Positions 17,935 through 26,959 are shown, counted from the first letter of the stretch. The stretch: DNA of 64,000 bases from an uncultured Pseudomonadota bacterium (GCA_963737345.1 CAVTSM010000003.1:1369616-1433615), one strand, 5' to 3'. The notes: generated from the sequence alone by a model not told the origin. A program made the numbers and translations.

Positions 17935-19059
17935 CTAAGGCAGCGAAAACCGCTTGAAGAACGGCCAGGCGTTGTCTGGGACCAAGTAGTTGTCGGGGTT
18001 GGTCGCGTAGAAGAAGTTGTGATTTCCACGCGGCCGACAGTCAACGACCTCGGTTCCCCCGGCGCAACCCGGGTGGGTCTTGCACACGCCACTGGTGACG
18101 ACAGGCGTGTTCGGGCAGCTGTCGTTCGCGAGCCACTCGCTGATGTCCGCGTCGGCGGTGTCGATGGTGACCGTCGTGTCGTTCAATCCACGAATTGCCA
18201 AGACCGGGACCGGCCGGACCGGACTGCACGGAAGGGCACTGACCCGTCCACAGACCGGCGCCACCGCGGCGAAGATGTCGGCGGCCTCGCAAGCCAACCT
18301 GTACGTCATTCCGCCACCGTTCGAGTGCCCGCTCACATAGACACGCTTGCTGTCGATACAAAGCTCCGCGGTAGACTTCTGCACCATCGCGCGGAAGAAG
18401 CCCACGTCGTCCACCAGATTGGTGGTGCTGCTGCCAGAATTCCAGGCCTTATCAATACCGTCGGGATCGATGAGGACGAACCCTTCCTTGTCGGCCATCT
18501 TGTCCCATTTGCTGCGCTGCAATTGTTCCGCCGCCCACGAGGAATGCCCGTGGACGTCAAACACGAGCGCCATTGGTTTGGTGCCGTCGTAGCCGGGGGG
18601 AACGTGCAAGAGGTAGCTCCGCATCGTTCCGCCAGACTGAATCATGACCGTCGTCGTTCCGCTGGCGTGCGAGCGTGCCGGGGTACACGCGGCAAAGGAG
18701 CCACCGCTCCCCGCCGTCGTGGTCCCGCCCGCGCCGGCGACGCCTGCGTTACCGCCATTGCCGGCCGTAGCGGGACCGCCGCCGGCGGTTCCGCCAGCAC
18801 CACCGGTGGCAGCGCCACCCGTCGCGCTGTTGCCACCCGTCGCGCTGCCGGCACCCATCGCGCTGCCGCCGCCGCTCGCGCTGCTGCCGCCGGTCGCTGG
18901 GGCGCCGCCGGTGCTTGTCTCGGGCGAACCGCCCGATCCGCTGGTGCCACCGGAATCATGGGAGCCACCGGAGCCGCCGCCTCCGTCATTTGATGTCGAA
19001 CATCCCACCGCGCCGATCAGGGCCGTGGCCGCGATCAGAGTCAACGTCGCTTTGGCCAT
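17935..19059 (-). CDS. lipoprotein esterase of the PHB-depolymerase/feruloyl-esterase (alpha/beta hydrolase) type
   Basis: Lipobox LIGAVGCS, then a long Gly/Ser/Thr/Ala linker. LLHVPPGYDG...PMALVFDVHG... and the nucleophile elbow VSGHSNGG. Confidence 0.75.
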   Translation of the reverse strand: MAKATLTLIAATALIGAVGCSTSNDGGGGSGGSHDSGGTSGSGGSPETSTGGAPATGGSSASGGGSAMGAGSATGGNSATGGAATGGAGGTAGGGPATAGNGGNAGVAGAGGTTTAGSGGSFAACTPARSHASGTTTVMIQSGGTMRSYLLHVPPGYDGTKPMALVFDVHGHSSWAAEQLQRSKWDKMADKEGFVLIDPDGIDKAWNSGSSTTNLVDDVGFFRAMVQKSTAELCIDSKRVYVSGHSNGGGMTYRLACEAADIFAAVAPVCGRVSALPCSPVRPVPVLAIRGLNDTTVTIDTADADISEWLANDSCPNTPVVTSGVCKTHPGCAGGTEVVDCRPRGNHNFFYATNPDNYLVPDNAWPFFKRFSLP

Positions 19060-19237
19060 GGTGCCGCATCATACCCCTCCCCGCGCGACTGTCCGAGCAC
19101 GACAGCACCGTCCCCGGGGCTGGTGGGAATTCATCGGAGGGCGATCCGTCGTTGCCAATCCACCCGCTCATCGATGTCGGTCGCGCTCGGGTTCACCGGC
19201 GGTCTCAGCGGCAGTCGCCTCTGCCGAACGCTGACGG

Positions 19238-19615
19238 CTACTGCGGCTTGGCGTACTGCTCAGCGCTCATGACCTCGATGCAGGCAAACGGCTCTTTGCC
19301 GTCGACCCACGCGTCGTGGCCAGGCGGGATGGTGTACGAATCGCCGGGGCCGATGGTCTTCTTCGAGCCATCTTTGCCGACTACCGTGAGCCGACCCGAT
19401 ATCGCGTAACCCACGTGCGAGTTCTGACAGGATTCGGTGTGAACCACGGGCTTGATGCATTCCGACCAGCGCCAGCCCGGCTGAAAACTGAAGCGGCCCA
19501 GCGTGTAGCCGTCTAGCCGCACGACCTCGACACGCGTCTTGTCTGGCGTGCGGACCTCATCGGGCTGATCATGGGATTTCACCTCGAACTTCGTGACGCT
19601 CACGGGAGTAGCCAT
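19238..19615 (-). CDS. cupin domain protein
   Basis: AAGGAGG lies upstream of ATG 19613-19615. Contains ...HVGYAISGRLTVVGKDGSKKTIGPGDSYTIPPGHDAW. Confidence 0.75.
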   Translation of the reverse strand: MATPVSVTKFEVKSHDQPDEVRTPDKTRVEVVRLDGYTLGRFSFQPGWRWSECIKPVVHTESCQNSHVGYAISGRLTVVGKDGSKKTIGPGDSYTIPPGHDAWVDGKEPFACIEVMSAEQYAKPQ

Positions 19616-19913
19616 GGAAACCTCCTTGTCGATGTGCACCGCGACTGCGGTGTCTGCGAAGAGTACGCCCAAGCCTGCCTATGGTTACGCAGGTGTAACC
19701 ACCGCGCTGGTTCCGGCCTGTCCGTTCTGGATGACCGCACACTGAATCAGGCAGGTGCTTAATGCCGGATCAGTGCACGGAAAGCCGTTCGGATTGGAAG
19801 CCGTTCAGCCGGTCTATTGTCATCCCCTGGATGGTGGCCTTTCTGGCCGCCTAACCTCCCCGAGCGATGCCGGCGCCGGATACTGCTCGAGCTCGTTTGG
19901 ACTGTCGCTGCAA

Positions 19914-21971
19914 TTACCAGAGTTGGCAGAGGTCGGTCCTGCCGGTGGGCAGTGCGATTGCGGGAGCGGGTCCGGGGCAGCGGAATGCCTCCGCGAACTC
20001 GGGGACGTTCACGAGCGTTCCGTTGACACGAAACCGGCCTGGCGAGTGCGGATCGGTCATCACGAGCTCGCTCAGGTATTCGGGCCGGTCGTTCTCGCAG
20101 TAGAGCTGGGCGAACGACAGAAAGAACTGCTGGCGACTGTCGTACCCATCGCGTGAAGGCTCGTTGGGGTGCGCCGCGCCGAGTGCATCCAGCGCAAGGC
20201 GAACCCCGCCCAGATCGGCCGTGTTCTCGCCGAGCGTGAGCCGCCCATTGAGCTCCAACCCCGCGAGAGGCTGGTACCCAGCGAACTGATCCACCAGGCA
20301 CTGCGCGCGCGTCTGAAACCCAGCGGCCGTGTCGGGTGTCCACCAGTCGCGCAGGCGCCCCATTCCGTCGAGCGCGCGGCCACTGTCGTCGAACCCATGC
20401 GTGATCTCGTGCCCCATGACGGTACCGATGCCCCCGTAGTTCGACGCCGGCGAGTTGCCGGTCTTGAAGAACGGGAGCTGCAGGATCCCGGCCGGTATCT
20501 GCAGGCCGTTCGTCTGCAGGTAGCTGGCGTTCACCGTGATTGGCGCCATGTTCCAGGCGTGGCGATCGTACGGCTGGCCGAGCAACGCGATGCTCTGGCT
20601 ATACCCGAAGCTCCGGAGAGCGTTGTGATTCGCGAGGTAAGAGCCCGGATCGAAGGTGAGGCCGTCGTAGGCAGGCCACGCGTCCGGATAGGCGACCAGC
20701 TCGACGAGGTTGTCGAGCTTGGAAAGGGCCTCGGCGCGCGTCGAGTCGTCGAGCCAGCTCGCATCCATCAGGTGACGCGCCATCGACGCGCGTATCTCGC
20801 CGAGCAGCGCGGTCGCCTCGCTTCGAACCGCCGGCAACACGTACCGGCTGACGTAACGCTGCGACACCACCATACCGAGCGCGCCCAAGGTGGCATTGAG
20901 GCAGGTCCAATCGCGCGACGGAGCGCTCTCTACCCCGGTGAAGTCCTTCGCCCAGAACGCGAAGTCCGTGTCCAGAACCTGCTGATCCATCCACGGCGCC
21001 GTGTCCTGCACCAGCTGCCATTCGGCGTACGACTTCAGAGCCGCGATCGGCGTGGCGCTCCAAAGCGCGTCCAGCATCTTGAAGTAGGCGGGGTCTGCGA
21101 CGACGACTCTGGTGACCTCGCCCAGGCCGAGCGCCTGGAAATATCCCTCCCAGGGGAAGCTGGGCGCGAGCGCCTCGAGATCGCTCAGGGACATCGGGTT
21201 GTAGAGCGCGCGGCGATCGCGCAACTGGTCCGGCGCGCGGGCTGCCGTACCGAGCGCGGTCTCGACAGCCATCACCGCCGTGGGGTCTATGGGAGCCGGG
21301 GTCGCATAGAAGGCCGAGAGGTCCGCGATGTGCCGCTGGTAATCGGCGCGCATATCGGCGCGCGTCGGGTCCAGGTAGTCGTCCCGCTCGGGTAGCTCGA
21401 GGCCGCCCTGGCCCAGATGGATCGCCCATTGCGCGGGCATGCCCTCGTCGAAGCTGAAGCCCAGCGAGAACAAGGTGCCCGAGCCGAGGAGGCGTTGTCC
21501 GGCCAACGCCGTCGCGAGGTCGGCCAGCGACGTTGCTGATGCGATGGACTTCATCATCTTCTCGACGAGGGCGCGCGAGCCCATCTGCGTCGGGGCAACC
21601 AAGCAGCTCGCGTAGTAGGGTCCAATCATCCCGGGATTGGCATCGCCCGCGCCGCCTTTGCCAGCGGCTTCGTCTCGGATGATGCCCTGAAGCTTCGGCA
21701 CCATCGCGTAGAAGGCGTCGTCGAAGCGCCGTCGGTAGGCGCCGTCGGGCTGCAGCGGATTCGCGGCCAGCCACTTGCCGCAGGCATATTGGTAGAAGTC
21801 GTGGCAGGGGTCCGCGCCGGTGTCGATCGACATGAAGTCGATCCCGCTCGCCGGCGCCGGCGCCGGCGCCGGGGACGATGACGAGCAGGCGAAGGAGGGG
21901 AGCAGCGCGACGAAGGCGGCTGCTCGCGCTCGCGCGCCGACCTGGACATTCCGGCTCCGTTGCGCAGTCAC
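19914..21971 (-). CDS. pepO: M13 family zinc metallopeptidase (PepO/neprilysin-like) lipoprotein
   Basis: VMGHEITHGFDDSGR (HExxH), TVNASY, LGENTADLGG. Lipobox LLPSFACS. Confidence 0.9.
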   Translation of the reverse strand: MTAQRSRNVQVGARARAAAFVALLPSFACSSSSPAPAPAPASGIDFMSIDTGADPCHDFYQYACGKWLAANPLQPDGAYRRRFDDAFYAMVPKLQGIIRDEAAGKGGAGDANPGMIGPYYASCLVAPTQMGSRALVEKMMKSIASATSLADLATALAGQRLLGSGTLFSLGFSFDEGMPAQWAIHLGQGGLELPERDDYLDPTRADMRADYQRHIADLSAFYATPAPIDPTAVMAVETALGTAARAPDQLRDRRALYNPMSLSDLEALAPSFPWEGYFQALGLGEVTRVVVADPAYFKMLDALWSATPIAALKSYAEWQLVQDTAPWMDQQVLDTDFAFWAKDFTGVESAPSRDWTCLNATLGALGMVVSQRYVSRYVLPAVRSEATALLGEIRASMARHLMDASWLDDSTRAEALSKLDNLVELVAYPDAWPAYDGLTFDPGSYLANHNALRSFGYSQSIALLGQPYDRHAWNMAPITVNASYLQTNGLQIPAGILQLPFFKTGNSPASNYGGIGTVMGHEITHGFDDSGRALDGMGRLRDWWTPDTAAGFQTRAQCLVDQFAGYQPLAGLELNGRLTLGENTADLGGVRLALDALGAAHPNEPSRDGYDSRQQFFLSFAQLYCENDRPEYLSELVMTDPHSPGRFRVNGTLVNVPEFAEAFRCPGPAPAIALPTGRTDLCQLW

Positions 21972-22059
21972 GGGGGCATGGTATCAGCGCGCACGCCAGA
22001 GCGCTCGGCATCGAGGCGAGCCGCTCGGCATCTGGGCGGCCTCGGGGAATGTTCCGACG

Positions 22060-22397
22060 GCGCCGCACCTGCTGGTGTCTCCGCCGCCCGGGGCCCTTGG
22101 GGCCGCCGCCCTCCTTTAGGGGTTCGTGCTCGACCGTGATGGTCGTGCGGGCCGGCGGAGATCAGACGCCCCTGCTGAACGCCTCGGTGGACGCCTCCGG
22201 ATCAGGAACCGAACGGACTGGACGCCAGATGCGTTCGCGAATACGCCGGCGTCGGCGACCAAATCTACGTTGATGCCGGGTTCACGAAGGGCAGTGCGCT
22301 CGAGCGAGTCGCCGAGAAGTCGTGTACGCCGGGTGAGTTCGTCGTTCGGTTCGACTCCGAGCGCAATCCGCAGAGTCTCGCACGCACGAAGCACTGA
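22060..22397 (+). pseudogene. decayed copy of the exported Cys-protein family (paralogue of 30506..31060)
   Basis: Positions 22197-22377 align without gaps to 30662-30842, with about 22 mismatches in 181 nt by hand. The segment translates to PDQEPNGLDARCVREYAGVGDQIYVDAGFTKGSALERVAEKSCTPGEFVVRFDSERNPQS. Upstream homology (LLNASVDA vs ILRAAIKA) is in another frame (extra C near 22195), with an in-frame TAG at 22117-22119. A premature stop at 22395-22397 removes the C-terminal ~75 aa. Confidence 0.6.
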
Positions 22398-22427
22398 CCA
22401 CCGTAGCGGCGAGCCGGAAGGTCGCAG

Positions 22428-24041
22428 TCACGCAGCCGCCCGGCCGACCCGGGCCAGTCTTTCCACGTCGGCGAGATACTCCGAGTAGCTCATGCGGAGA
22501 TCATAGGAGGTCTTGCCGGACAACTCGATGACCCGGGTGGCCAGCGACTCCACGAACTGCACGTCGTGGCAGGCGAAGATCATCGAGGCGTCACTCTTCA
22601 AGAGGCCATTGTTGAGCGCCGTGATCGATTCGAGATCGAGATGGTTGGTGGGCTGATTCAGCAGCAGGGTGTTCGGGTTCTTCAGCATCAGCTGGGAGAG
22701 CATGCAACGCACCCGTTCGCCTCCCGAAAGGACCTCGACCTTCTTGTGAACCTCGTCGGAGGTGAAGAGCATGCGACCGAGAAACGAGCGGATGGACGTC
22801 TCGTCCTTGGTGTCGGGCGCGTACTGGCGCAGCCACTCGAGGACGCTCTTGTCAGTGACGAAGTAGGTGTTGTTGTCCTTGGGAAAGTAGGCGACCTGAG
22901 TCGAGCGTCCCCAGGTGACGGTGCCGGCCTCGGGCTTGGATTCTCCGGCCAGGACCTCGAGGAGGGACGAAACCGCCCGGTCGTCGCCGACGAGCGCGAC
23001 GCGCTCGCCACGGCCGATCGAGAAGGTCAACCCGTCGAACAGCACCTCACCGCCGACGGTCTTGCGTAGGCCCTCCACGTTCACGACCTCCTTGCCGAGG
23101 GCGCGCTCCGCGTTGAACTGAATGAACGGGTACTTGCGAGACGACGGCCGGATGTCGTCCAGCGTGATCTTGTCGAGCAGCTTCTTTCGCGAGGAGGCCT
23201 GTCTCGATTTGGAGGCGTTGGCGCTGAACCGCCTGATGAACTCCTTCAGATCCTCGATCTGTTCAGACTTCTTCTTGTTCGAAGTCGATCGCTGCGTGAG
23301 CGCCATCTGGCTGGTCTCGTACCAGAAGGTGTAGTTCCCGGAGTAGAGCGTCACCTTGCCGAAATCGATGTCGGCGATGTGCGTACAGACTTTGTCCAGG
23401 AAATGCCGGTCGTGGGAGACGACCACCACGGTGTTCGGGAAGTCGAGCAGGAACTCCTCGAGCCAGAGGATCGAATCGACGTCCAGGTGGTTCGTGGGCT
23501 CGTCGAGGAGGAGGATGTCCGGATTGCCGAAAAGCGCCTGCGCCATGAGGACGCGGACCTTTTCGCTATCAGCCAGGTCCTTCATGAGCAAAGAGTGCTT
23601 GGCCGCCGGGACCCCCAGCTCACTCAGCAGCTTGGCAGCCTCGGCTTCAGCGTCCCAGCCGTTCAGGTCGACGAACGCAGCCTCCAGCTCACCGGCCCGC
23701 ACACCGTCGGCCTCACTGAAGTCGGCCTTCGCATACAGCGCGTCCTTCTCCACCATCAGCGCGTGCAGGACCTTGTGGCCCATGATGACGGCCGTCAGGG
23801 CCGGCACCTCGTTGAAGGCGAAGTGATCCTGGGAAAGCATGCTGAGCCGCTTGTTCGGCTCGATGCTCACCGAGCCGGAGGTCGACTGGATCTTGCCTGC
23901 CAGGCACTTCAGGAATGTCGACTTTCCGGCGCCGTTGGCGCCGATGAGCCCATAGCAGTTGCCGGGCGTGAACTTGACGTCCACGTCTTCGAACAAGGTC
24001 TGGCTGCCGAACGCGACGGAGAGGTTCTGAACGGTGATCAT
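22428..24041 (-). CDS. ABC-F family ATPase (two ABC domains, no TM domain)
   Basis: Two Walker A / signature sets (GANGAGKST ... LSGGE...), 537 aa, a YbiT/EttA-like ABC-F architecture. Confidence 0.9.
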   Translation of the reverse strand: MITVQNLSVAFGSQTLFEDVDVKFTPGNCYGLIGANGAGKSTFLKCLAGKIQSTSGSVSIEPNKRLSMLSQDHFAFNEVPALTAVIMGHKVLHALMVEKDALYAKADFSEADGVRAGELEAAFVDLNGWDAEAEAAKLLSELGVPAAKHSLLMKDLADSEKVRVLMAQALFGNPDILLLDEPTNHLDVDSILWLEEFLLDFPNTVVVVSHDRHFLDKVCTHIADIDFGKVTLYSGNYTFWYETSQMALTQRSTSNKKKSEQIEDLKEFIRRFSANASKSRQASSRKKLLDKITLDDIRPSSRKYPFIQFNAERALGKEVVNVEGLRKTVGGEVLFDGLTFSIGRGERVALVGDDRAVSSLLEVLAGESKPEAGTVTWGRSTQVAYFPKDNNTYFVTDKSVLEWLRQYAPDTKDETSIRSFLGRMLFTSDEVHKKVEVLSGGERVRCMLSQLMLKNPNTLLLNQPTNHLDLESITALNNGLLKSDASMIFACHDVQFVESLATRVIELSGKTSYDLRMSYSEYLADVERLARVGRAAA

Positions 24042-24482
24042 GCTGGACCGGGCGTCTTACGCCAGCGATGCGCGGGGTTCAAGCGGAACCAGGAGCGGCC
24101 TGGTCGTCGGTCGTCGAATGGCCGGAGATTTCATCCGTAAGTAAAGTGAGCAGAAGAACTTCGAGACGATGATGACCGGCGTCAACGCGTCCCTTGGTGG
24201 CCGTGATAAGCCCTGATCGGGTCCGCGCGTCGGCGCATTCGGCCGCTGCCCATCCGCGCGGTACCCTAGCGTCGTGGGTCGGATGATTGACATCTATGGC
24301 GGGAAAGACCCCCGTGACCTTCCGCGGTACTCGACCGCGGAAGCCGCGCACTATGCGTGCGGCGGGCCTGCTTCGTTTCCTGCTTCGACATGTGGCACCT
24401 TTTCTACGCTCGTTTCTCTGAGCGTGGGTGTCCACCAGGCCGGGTCAACTCCACCCGGCGGCACAAGAGTTGAACGAACGTG

Positions 24483-24914
24483 TCACGGAGTCTTCTGCGG
24501 AATCGTCTTGACTACCCACCGGTCCGCCTTGCGCTTGACGACTCCCTTCACCGGGCCGCATCCGGACGCCCGAGGAGCCCGTATGCGCCCCTTCGCGGAA
24601 TCGTCACGCCAGTTCGAATACAGCAGCTGCGCCCAACACTTTCTGGCTCCATGGCGCTCACGCTCGAACCCAAACTGGATGACGTACGTTGTTGGAGCCT
24701 TCGGGGGGCTTCGCCCGATTTGCACCACCCACCCATTCCCCTCGCACGTAACCGTTTGCACGGGCATCGGATCGAATCCGATCGCTTCAGCGTGCGTGAC
24801 TCCGCCGGCCGAGGCTGTCTCCTGGACACACTTCCTTTCCAGAGCCGTGTCGTCATCCGTCAATGGCCCGAGTATGCGCGTCGCGGTCTCGAGGACCATC
24901 GGACAGTAGTCCAC
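24483..24914 (-). CDS. exported Cys-protein family member (module copy 2, partner gene); start unresolved
   Basis: Shares DYC(P/E)M, (R/K)CV(Q/R)E and (T/S)C..G..VV motifs with 30506..31060. The frame stays open upstream of the first GTG (24912-24914) and encodes ...EKTVWILITLAIGLPGGGKTARTTN, which is signal-like. No ATG/GTG/TTG lies there, and that part overlaps the 3' end of 24953..25528. Confidence 0.5.
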   Translation of the reverse strand: MDYCPMVLETATRILGPLTDDDTALERKCVQETASAGGVTHAEAIGFDPMPVQTVTCEGNGWVVQIGRSPPKAPTTYVIQFGFERERHGARKCWAQLLYSNWRDDSAKGRIRAPRASGCGPVKGVVKRKADRWVVKTIPQKTP

Positions 24915-24952
24915 GTTGGTCGTACGCGCGGTCTTCCCCCCTCCCGGCAGGC

Positions 24953-25528
24953 CTATCGCGAGTGTGATGAGAATCCAGACCGTCTTTTCCCGCCGAGTGG
25001 GAACATCTTCTGCGGCACGATCGTGAAGTCGAGAAGCTTCATCGTCCGCATGTCGATTTCGACGTCATCGAAGATGCGACCGCGAAGAGTGCCGACCGTC
25101 ATTCCGGGAACCAGCGTCGCAATCAGGCCACCGATCGCAGAGCTGTTGCATCCCAGGATGTCAAAGCGCTGGACGCCGGAGTTCTTCAGGGCGTGGGCCA
25201 GTTGGGGCGCCGCGATTCTGTGAAGCGGGGCCAGCGTAACACCGTCGGACAGCGCGTGCCCGTAATAGACGAGGCGAGAGTATCGACGTGTCGCTAATGC
25301 AGCGCTGATGGTCCTCAGGTCGGGGACGAAATCGGCCTGCGCCAGGTCCGGCACCTCCGAACCGAAAGATTGCTGGAGGGATCGGCGGAACAGTCGTTCA
25401 AAGTTGGCGCGCGTTTCCCCCTTGAATTCCTTCGGATCAAGCTGCCACGTCTTGTGGAGATCGCGATGTGTAGCGCTGAACAGCTTGATCTTGTTGGGCG
25501 GTACGCCATACGCGACGAGCGTGGCCAT
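24953..25528 (-). CDS. small cytoplasmic protein with conserved YYGHA / ILGC motifs (module copy 2)
   Basis: 191 aa. Paralogue of 29960..30505: AYGVPP / IYGVPP; NFERLFRRSL / SFERALRTAL; RLVYYGHALSDG / QVVYYGHADQNA; RFDILGCNSS / HVDILGCKSV. No signal peptide. Confidence 0.6.
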   Translation of the reverse strand: MATLVAYGVPPNKIKLFSATHRDLHKTWQLDPKEFKGETRANFERLFRRSLQQSFGSEVPDLAQADFVPDLRTISAALATRRYSRLVYYGHALSDGVTLAPLHRIAAPQLAHALKNSGVQRFDILGCNSSAIGGLIATLVPGMTVGTLRGRIFDDVEIDMRTMKLLDFTIVPQKMFPLGGKRRSGFSSHSR

Positions 25529-25535
25529 GACCTAT

Positions 25536-25703
25536 TTACCGTCCCCGATCCGGGCCAACCCCGGCCGGAATCTGTGCGATGATGATCGCCCCGGGGTACC
25601 GGCCCTGGTCGACGAACATGCAGTACGAGCCGGCGCACCCTCTCAGGCGAACCAACTCGAGCAGATCGCCGAGGTCGTAAGGGTTCATCACCATGTGACT
25701 CAT
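25536..25703 (-). CDS. possible 55-aa ORF upstream of module copy 2
   Basis: Below the track length cut-off. My translation: MSHMVMNPYDLGDLLELVRLRGCAGSYCMFVDQGRYPGAIIIAQIPAGVGPDRGR. TAA lies 7 nt before the ATG of 24953..25528. No clear RBS and no counterpart upstream of copy 1. Confidence 0.25.
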   Translation of the reverse strand: MSHMVMNPYDLGDLLELVRLRGCAGSYCMFVDQGRYPGAIIIAQIPAGVGPDRGR

Positions 25704-25886
25704 GGTGGACTTCGGCTAAGCACGCTAAATGGTTGCGGCCCCTCTGGCTACATCCATCTGGGGGACCGCCATCGCCCAAGTGCTGTATCGTCGGGCAGGA
25801 TCCGTGTGACCGAAGAGGCGCTGCACGCGCTCTTCACGCGTCGCCGGCCGGACGGATGACCCGCGTCCGGCCCCCCCGGGGGGGGG

Positions 25887-25924
25887 GGTGTTATACGCTG
25901 TGATAAGCTTTGGCGTATAACACC
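25887..25924. promoter_or_regulatory. perfect 12-bp inverted repeat GGTGTTATACGC-N14-GCGTATAACACC abutting the ATG of the nucleotidyltransferase gene
   Basis: Arms at 25887-25898 and 25913-25924, with the ATG at 25925. Preceded by a C7 G11 homopolymer pair (25871-25888). Confidence 0.5.
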
Positions 25925-26959
25925 ATGGCCGCGCCCGACTTCGTCAAGCTCCCGCTCCTCGCGCAGACGGCGTACGCCCGCCTCCTCGACCTCCTCCTGA
26001 CGACCGAGATTGGGGATCCACTTGCCGGCGACTCCCTGGTTTCCAAGTCGATCCGCGGTCGCAGGTACTGGTACGCCCAGCGGCAAGAGGATGGCAGGAA
26101 GGTTCAGAACTACCTCGGGCCGGAGACTCCCGAGATCCTGGCGCTGCTCGAACGCTGGCGACGCGGAAAGACCGAGGCGTCCACGCGGGCAGAGCTGATT
26201 GCGATGGCGCGTGCCGGCGGTGCGCACGCGATCGGCGCCGCGGAGGCCAGCGTCATCGAACGGCTGGCTCCGGTCTTTCGAGTGGGCGGCGTACTCGTCG
26301 GCTCACATGCGTTCGTGGTTCTTGGCAACATGCTTGGCGTGCGGTGGCAAGAGGCTATCGTGCGAACCGAAGATGTCGACATCGCTCACGATCACACGAT
26401 CGCCGTAGCTCTGGCTCGCGGCGGCCCACGCGCGAATATCAAAGACGCGCTGGGCAATCCTATCCCGCGATTCTCGGCCCTCGACCCTGACGATCCTGCG
26501 ACCACGTTTCGCGTCCGGGGCACCGAGGTAGAGGTGGAGATCCTCACCCCGTTGGTTGGACGCGAGCGAGCGAGGACAATTTCGATCCCGACGTTGGGGA
26601 CCTCAGCGACGCCTTTGCGGTTCCTGGACTACCTCATCGAAGAGACACAACCCGGCGCCATCCTGGGCGGCACGGGCGCCCTGGTCAACGTCCCCCGACC
26701 CGGCCGCTTTGCGTTGCACAAGCTCATTGTGGCGGCGCGACGTGGAACCCGCACCGTCAGCATCACCAAGGCGGCCAAAGACCGTGCCCAATCCAGCGCG
26801 CTTCTGCAGGTCCTTCTCACGGAGTCGCCAGGGGAAATCACGCTCGCCTGGAAATCGCTCGCGCGCCGCGGACGTGCCTGGACCCAGGCTGCCTTAAGCT
26901 CGCTCGCCACCCTCCCCCCGACCATTACGACGGCGATCGAACAGTTGGGAGTCCGTTGA
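25925..26959 (+). CDS. nucleotidyltransferase-fold protein (GSU2403-like / AbiEii-like architecture)
   Basis: N-terminal ...SKSIRGRRYWYAQRQEDGRKVQNYLGPE... followed by a Pol-beta-type motif VGSHAF...(x17)...TEDVDIAHD (GS...DxD). The track ORF starts at TTG 25910, but ATG 25925 is more likely. Confidence 0.65.
   Translation: MAAPDFVKLPLLAQTAYARLLDLLLTTEIGDPLAGDSLVSKSIRGRRYWYAQRQEDGRKVQNYLGPETPEILALLERWRRGKTEASTRAELIAMARAGGAHAIGAAEASVIERLAPVFRVGGVLVGSHAFVVLGNMLGVRWQEAIVRTEDVDIAHDHTIAVALARGGPRANIKDALGNPIPRFSALDPDDPATTFRVRGTEVEVEILTPLVGRERARTISIPTLGTSATPLRFLDYLIEETQPGAILGGTGALVNVPRPGRFALHKLIVAARRGTRTVSITKAAKDRAQSSALLQVLLTESPGEITLAWKSLARRGRAWTQAALSSLATLPPTITTAIEQLGVR

Noticed and set aside
19683-19700. 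Short palindrome GGTTAC-N6-GTAACC upstream of the cupin gene
   Set aside because: The arms are only 6 bp, which is too short to distinguish from chance without comparative data.
21820-22273. Track ORFs 21820..22119 and 21878..22273 as real genes
   Set aside because: They are pieces of different frames of the decayed paralogue fragment plus the antisense of the pepO 5' end. No single frame is intact.
24140-24170. Possible third att copy (GAGCAGAAGAACTTCGAG resembles part of the tRNA-Pro anticodon/T-arm region)
   Set aside because: Only ~8 contiguous identical bases, in the opposite orientation to the two 46-bp repeats. This is not distinguishable from chance by eye.
24985-25005. Programmed -1 frameshift at GGGAAAAG linking 24953..25528 to the downstream signal-like segment
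   Set aside because: The sequence is not a canonical X XXY YYZ heptamer in the zero frame of the upstream gene, and the A-run is only 4 nt. The intact paralogous locus uses a normal stop-ATG junction.
24274-25223. Plus-strand ORFs 24274..24909 and 24480..25223
   Set aside because: They are antisense to module copy 2. Only the first ~25 codons of 24274.. (MIDIYGGKDPRDLPRYSTAEAAHYA) resemble the N-terminus of HTH/DUF433-type antitoxin-like proteins, and the similarity stops abruptly. At most this is a tiny gene remnant.
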